Positions 58,417-64,000 of a DNA stretch of 64,000 nucleotides are shown piece after piece (positions within the stretch are counted from its first letter, which is position 1; the number at the start of each line of letters is the position of its first letter). Source of the stretch: Saprolegnia diclina VS20 (taxonomy: Eukaryota); assembly GCF_000281045.1 (NCBI RefSeq), contig NW_008246070.1:710954-774953 (forward strand), given 5' to 3'. Under the pieces are notes generated by a model that saw only the letters and a program-made list of their open reading frames with translations, was not told where the DNA came from and did not search any database. The position numbers and the translations under genes were made by a program.

Positions 58417-60571
58417 ATGGGCGCAGCGGACGGGGCCGACGTGCGCGAGATCGCCGCCAACGCGTGGGACGAGCTGGGCCTCGCCGCGGGCTCGCCCATC
58501 GAGCGCATCGTGCAGGTCTATCGCGAGATCAGCCTCAAGCGGTCGCTCGGGATAGAGCTCGACAATGACTTTTTCAAGAAGGCGATTGCGTACCGGTTCC
58601 TCCACTCGATCCCGCTGGCGCGCAAGACGTACCGCGCCAGCGACATCTTGCCGCTCCTGCACTCAATGGACGCTTCGGTCGACGACCCGGCCGAGCACCC
58701 GAGCCGCAGCATTCGCGCCTGCGCCATGCTCGATGTGTCGATGGCCTGTATGGAGCGCGCGCAGAGCCCGTGGCAGCTGCCGTACGTCAACTACGTCATC
58801 AACGTGCACTACTGCATGCGAAAGCACGTCGTGCGGCGGCGCTACTCAGAGTTCAAGCGGCTCCACGAAGCGCTCATGCACAAGCTGCCCGTGATCCCGA
58901 CAGTGGGTTTCCTCATTGCGATGACACGCAAGGTCGAATTGGCTTGTCTGCATGTAGCTTCCGATCCAGACGTGGAAGTACAAGCTAGCCATGCCCGCGG
59001 ACCGCGCACGAGATCTTATCATATACCTCTCACGCATCATCCAGCTGCTCGTGACCCGCGGGCTCTTCTCCACCGACATCATGGCGTTCCTTGAAGTCGA
59101 CTTTGGCCGCGTCCGCGCCGAGGAGGAAGGCTTCTCGGCCGAGTGCCTGAACCGCATGTGCCCCGTCTTGGAAGGTGATCTGTGATCTCAGGTGGTGTAT
59201 TGACCATGTATATGCTCACGCGTTGCAGGCTCGATCGTCTTTATGATTGACGCCGAGTGGATGCAGCGCTGGCGCAAGTTCGTGCTGGGCAACCACGAGA
59301 CCGCGCCGCCCGGGTCCATCTCCAACGGGAATCTCTTGACCGAGCACATGACACCGCGCAAGAATTTGCACATGCCCCGTCAATACCGCTGCCTGAGTGC
59401 TGCAGGTGGGCGCATCCTCTTCATGGATTTGGCTCAAAAGAGCGCTGGCGTAGCGTGGAAGTTCTTTCACAAGATCTACCGTGGCGGCCCCGAGATCTCG
59501 CGCAGCACCAAGGACATCTACAGTCCGCCCGTGCTGAGCGCGGAGATGGCCTGCCTCAAGCTACAGGCGCTTGCGCGGGGCTTCCTTGCGCGCACTCGGG
59601 CCCACCGCCGGCGCCTCTCGCTGGGCCTGCAGCACCCCGAGGCTGAGCGGACGCTCGAGACCTTCTGCCAGCTCCAAGCCACGGAACGCAAGTGCGTTCT
59701 TTGCTGCTTGCGTACTATGAGGATGCTACATGCAATGATGTAGGACCCGGCATATCAAGCTTCTCGTCGAGATGAAGCAAGTCCAGGTCCGGCACCGCGC
59801 CGCGCACGTCATCCAGCGCGCGTACCGCCAGTACCGCGAACGCTTGCTCCAAAACCACGAGCGGCCTGTCAAGGTCATCCCCGTTTGCTGGCAATTTGAG
59901 ACCATGATCGATCTAGGTCGAGACGGGCACGACCCCCGTGGCGGCCGCTGACTACTTTACGCTGGCCGAGATCGGCATGGTCGAGGACGACCACACGCGC
60001 TTCATTCACTTTGTCCACACCATGCAGAGCGGCGTGTCCATCAAGAAGGTTTGAACACCTCATTCCTTCGTCGTGCTACGGTGCTGCATCCCATAGCTCA
60101 GCTCGCGCTACAAGCACACGCCCAAACTCAAGTTCTTTAGCGTCGACCGCACCGGGGCCCAGCTGCAGTGGACGTACCCTGCCAAGCCTACGCGCAAGAC
60201 GTTGATCCTCGCCGCATGCAGCAGCCTCACGCTCGAATCGCCGATTCTGCTTAAGTCGCGCCTCGGACTGCATGTGAAGCAGGTCATTCTCCCATTCCAT
60301 GCATAATGACGTCAAGAGCTTGTAGACGCTCGAGTACGGCGTCGTCTTGAGCACGCTCGAGAAGGAGGTCGTGCTCGTCTGCGACTCCAAATGCGAGGCG
60401 CACGCTCTTCTCTTTGGCCTGCGCATCCTCGTGGACGAAGGCAAGGCGCGCGTCGCCGCGCCGTTGCGCATGGACGCCCTCGGCGTCATGCGGCGCAACG
60501 TGCCCCACGCAAAAGACGTCGTCCGCGAAGCCATCGCTGCGTACGCCGTCGCCGACGCCGACGACAATTAA
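58417..60571 (+). CDS. PX + DUSP + IQ + PH-like multidomain protein, multi-exon
   Basis: PX: YVNYVI..VVRRRYSEFKRLHEAL. DUSP: IDAEWMQRWRKFV..PPGSISNGNLL..WKFFHKIYRGGPEI. IQ: LQALARGFLAR, IQRAYRQYR. PH-like: MQSGVSIKK..KLKFFSVDRTGAQLQW. Confidence 0.85.
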
Positions 60572-60625
60572 AGCGGATAATTTTAGAACGTGGTTTTTAT
60601 CCGCAGTGACGACGACCTTGGCAAG

Positions 60626-61290
60626 ATGCGGTCGACGTGGCACTGGGAAGAGCGGCGCGCGGCGCCCCGACACGACGTCACCACCGACGTTCTCGATCAC
60701 GTGCGTCGCGCATAGTAGTACACATAGGACTGACGCCAGTGCGGTAGCTTCAACGGGATGCAGCATTTGCCTCGTGGCTTCATGCCAAGCAACGCGCCAA
60801 AGCGTTGCCAGCGCCCGAGGTCGACAAACCCCGAACCGACGCCGCCGAGATCGAAGCCAACTTTCAACAATGGCTTCAATCCAAGCCCAAGAGACCACCG
60901 CCTTGTGCTACAGACGCTGCACCCGCGTTCAAGCCGCGGTTCGATCCGCGGCGACTGAAGCCAGCTACGGCAGCTGGACCGCCGCCGGCACCGACCACGA
61001 ACTCCGTACCGAGACCTCCATGGCTGCAGGCCAATGCAAGTGTTGCCTTGTGTAGAAGGTGACCCAGCACGCGCCGGCGCAAGTCGATGCGGCGTATCGG
61101 CTGTGGCTCAAGCGCAAGAAAGCCGAGGATAAAGTGCGACGCGCTGCGGCGCGGGACGCAGCTCGACGCGCCGAGGCCGAGCGGTGCGTCGTCAGCGCTG
61201 GATAATGCTACAGACACACGTAGAGCGCGACTGCACCGCGACAAATGGACGCGCAAGCTCGTGGTCCTCGCGTACGCGAGAGATGCGTGA
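60626..61290 (+). CDS. Hypothetical protein with repeated A/N-F/Y-x-x-W-L-x-x-K motifs (CCDC34/MAP9-like), multi-exon
   Basis: Spliced reading gives AAFASWLHAK, ANFQQWLQSK and AAYRLWLKRK; exon boundaries are uncertain. Confidence 0.5.
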
Positions 61291-61385
61291 AGAGGGGTCA
61301 TTGGGGTTGACATAGGATATATTACAGCAACCCTATTAATTAATTGATCTCATCTACAGCGAAGGCGCATATTGGATTACACGAT

Positions 61386-62636
61386 TTACTTGAAGACCTT
61401 GCCGTCGGCGATGGGCTTGCCCTCGAGGTCGTCTTCGTTGCACCAGTAGGCGGCAATGCGGGCCTTGGCGGCGTCGTCGAGCGTGTCGACCTTGGTCCAC
61501 GTGTAGTACTCGGCATCCGGGTTGGCTTCGATCATGTGCTCAGCGGTCTGGCCGCGGAACATCCAGCAGCCGACGATTTCGATGAGGCCACCTTCGGCGC
61601 CGAGGACGTCCATGACACCGAACGAGAACTTGCGCATGGCATCCGAGCGCTGGATGAAGCCGCCGACGGCGTTGCACGTCATGAACATCTTCTTGTTCTC
61701 CTCGTTGTAGTTGTACTTCATGAACCAGAACGAGTAGTCCTTCGTGTCCACGTTGGCCCAGAGCCACTCCATGGCCTTCGAGAGGTCCTTGGTGTTCGAG
61801 TAGCAGACCTTCCAGTCATCGAGCTTCATCGAAGCCGGCGACTCGCGGTTGAGGATGGCGAGCGGGTGCTCGACCTTCTTCTCCTTGGGGGCCTCGAAGA
61901 CATCATCGTCGTCGTCCTTGGGGGCGGCGGCCTTCTTCTCCTTCTTGGCCGGGGCGGCGGCCTTCTTGGCCTCCTTGACCGGGGCGCCTTCGGCGACCGT
62001 GGCGACGTCGCAGAGCGGGACGTCACCGACAATGGCGGCGAACTCGGGCTGGTTGGCGACCGTCGAGAACCAACGCGAGAGGTTCGAGAACGGCTTGCGG
62101 AAGTCCTTGTCAAAGATGAACTTGAACGGGTAGATCAAGGCACCGAAGACGCAGATATCAGCAAGCGTGACCTGCTCGCCGACGAAGTACGTGCGGAGGA
62201 GCAAGTGGTTCTCGAGGATGTGGAGCGACTTCTTGATGTCCTCGAGGGCCTTCGTGTGCACGTCGTGGTTGTACTTGGCGTAGCCGAAGATCGGGTACAG
62301 GAGGGCGCCGAGCGGCGTCTCCATCTCGTTCGTGACGAAGTCCACCCACTGGTCGACCTGGCCCGACTCGTAGAAGGTCTTGCCCGTGAGGCCCGTGTCG
62401 GCGCGGAGGCGCGCGACGTAGCGAGCGATCGCGTTCGACTCGTAGATCGGGCCTTCGGGGGTCGCGAGGACCGGGACCTTGCCGAGCGGGTTGAGCGCGA
62501 GGAACTCGGGCGTCTTGTTGTCGACGCCCATGACGAACGTCTCGGGGACGTTGAGGTCGACGCCGTTGTATTCGGCAGCGATCAAGATCTTGAAGGCGCG
62601 GGAGCCGGCCTGGGGCGCGTACAACGTGTAAGCCAT
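61386..62636 (-). CDS. EEF1G: Elongation factor 1-gamma (eEF1B-gamma)
   Basis: GST-like N-domain NPLGKVPVL..IYESNAIARY; Lys/Ala linker; C-domain LDDWKVCYSN, FMTCNAVGGFIQR, GCWMFRGQ, DGKVFK; strong codon bias. Confidence 0.98.
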   Translation of the reverse strand: MAYTLYAPQAGSRAFKILIAAEYNGVDLNVPETFVMGVDNKTPEFLALNPLGKVPVLATPEGPIYESNAIARYVARLRADTGLTGKTFYESGQVDQWVDFVTNEMETPLGALLYPIFGYAKYNHDVHTKALEDIKKSLHILENHLLLRTYFVGEQVTLADICVFGALIYPFKFIFDKDFRKPFSNLSRWFSTVANQPEFAAIVGDVPLCDVATVAEGAPVKEAKKAAAPAKKEKKAAAPKDDDDDVFEAPKEKKVEHPLAILNRESPASMKLDDWKVCYSNTKDLSKAMEWLWANVDTKDYSFWFMKYNYNEENKKMFMTCNAVGGFIQRSDAMRKFSFGVMDVLGAEGGLIEIVGCWMFRGQTAEHMIEANPDAEYYTWTKVDTLDDAAKARIAAYWCNEDDLEGKPIADGKVFK

Positions 62637-63215
62637 CGTGGAAAAGCAAAAGTGACCTCACACGCCGAGGCGCCGATGCACCACTCATTTGGATTCCCTC
62701 TCACATTCGATACAGATTCTGTTTGAACACTGGGTCGAATTGAGACGATACTGAGAAAGGATTGGCCGGTCCGTCGTTGCTGGCAAGAAGCGATGGACGC
62801 ACTCTCTCCACTGCACTCTGCACTCGAGTGCAAGGTCTTGCGGAAGGTAACGAGTAACCACTGTGTTGGGGGTGGTCAAGCACTGGCCAGCCCCACCAGC
62901 GAGCATGTTGGGCAATGCCATGAAGAAGGTGAGACCAAGTGCTGGCCTCAAGAGGTCGAGAAGGCTCAACTGCCAACGGGATTCGCGCAGGGTTGTTGGC
63001 CGCTTGCTCCAAGACCCTACGATGACCATATCCGGATATCCAGGCCTTCCATTTTATTCCAGCTAAATATTTTATCAAACAAAATAGCGTCTTGTTGTTT
63101 GTATGTCAACGTGATAGATTTTATCGAGCTCGCATTGGATATAATTCCATGCGATCAATTTTTCGGAACGAAATCCCCTCTTGCCGTCGAAGACGAAGAC
63201 CCTTCGAGCGACGCC

Positions 63216-64000
63216 ATGGGCAACTTCCTGAGCAGCCCCATTACGGAGAAGGAGACGCATGTGGGCATGGGCAACGGCCTCGCCTACGCAGTGAGCTGCA
63301 TGCAGGGCTGGCGAGCGACCATGGAAGACGCGCACATTGCGCGCACGACGATCCCGGCGTTTGACAACTGCTCGATCTTTGCCGTGTTTGACGGCCACGG
63401 TGGCAAGCTCATTGCGGATCACAGCGCCATGTCGTTGGCGGATGTGCTCGAGAAGCAGAGCATCAACGGCAAGGAAGCCGACCCGGCGGACATTGGCAAG
63501 GCGCTCGACCGCACCTTTCTCCAGCTCGACGCCGACCACCGGCAGTTGAAGCAGATTGCGAGTGGCGAGGACCACAGTGGCTGCACAGCCATCGCAGCGT
63601 TCGTCACGCACTCGCACATCATTGTGGCCAACTCGGGCGACTCGCGCAGTGTGCTCGCGACCGACGGGTCGGTCGTGCCCATGTCGTACGACCACAAGCC
63701 CAACAACGAGACGGAAAGGCGGCGCATTGAGAACGCGGGCGGGTCCGTCCGCAACAACCGCGTGAACGGTGACCTTGCTGTATGAAGCATTCCTTGCACG
63801 CAACCCATCTACCTGTGCTCATGACGTCGGTTCCTTAGGTGTCGCGTGCCTTGGGCGACTTTGTGTACAAGCAACGCAGCGACCTGAAGGCCGAAGAGCA
63901 GCAGGTATGAGCAATAGGCACGCGATTTGCAGTATGCAACCTGCGTCATGTAGGTGTCGGCCGAGCCGGATATCAAAATTGAAGTGCGCAACAAGGAGAA
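63216..64000 (+). CDS. Protein phosphatase 2C (PPM1A/B-like), 3'-partial
   Basis: MGNFLSSPITEK myristoylation-type start; MQGWRATMEDAH, FDGHGG, SGCTA, ANSGDSR, DHKP, RVNGDLAVSRALGDF. Confidence 0.95.

Noticed and set aside
61344..62726. 460-aa + strand ORF opposite EF1-gamma
   Set aside because: Antisense shadow of a highly codon-biased gene; no recognisable motifs.

Overview
Eukaryotic, GC-rich (~60%), gene-dense genomic DNA with many short (~40-55 nt) GT-AG introns and three assembly gaps. Gene content points to an oomycete, probably Saprolegniales; this is an inference from flagellar ODA-DC, PH-MAPKs, TKL receptor-like kinase, ABCC expansion and INR/FPR-like promoters. About 26 protein genes are supported: three ABCC/MRP transporters, a PDZ-like/Rab fusion, a UBA5-like pseudoenzyme, an intron-rich coiled-coil gene, ODA-DC2-like, BC-box LRR, F-box, two tandem PH-SnoaL-C2-MAPKs, ER DnaJ, malic enzyme, ERD2-like receptor, ankyrin-FYVE, calcyphosin-like, TKL pseudokinase, two small paralogous membrane proteins, GT69/CAP59-like mannosyltransferase, adenylosuccinate lyase, Urg1/URC1-like GTP cyclohydrolase II homolog, PX-DUSP-IQ protein, eEF1B-gamma and a partial PP2C. 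The most notable signals not visible in the ORF track are: (1) two AT-AC minor-spliceosome (U12-type) introns in one coiled-coil gene; (2) a tandem pair of candidate box C/D snoRNAs with compensatory variant boxes and co-varying terminal stems; (3) a UBA5 paralog lacking its catalytic cysteine; (4) duplicated four-domain MAPKs carrying an NTF2/SnoaL-like domain, with an apparent gene-conversion tract; (5) a recurrent intergenic TCCGGATA motif. All exon structures and domain calls were made by eye, without database searches.
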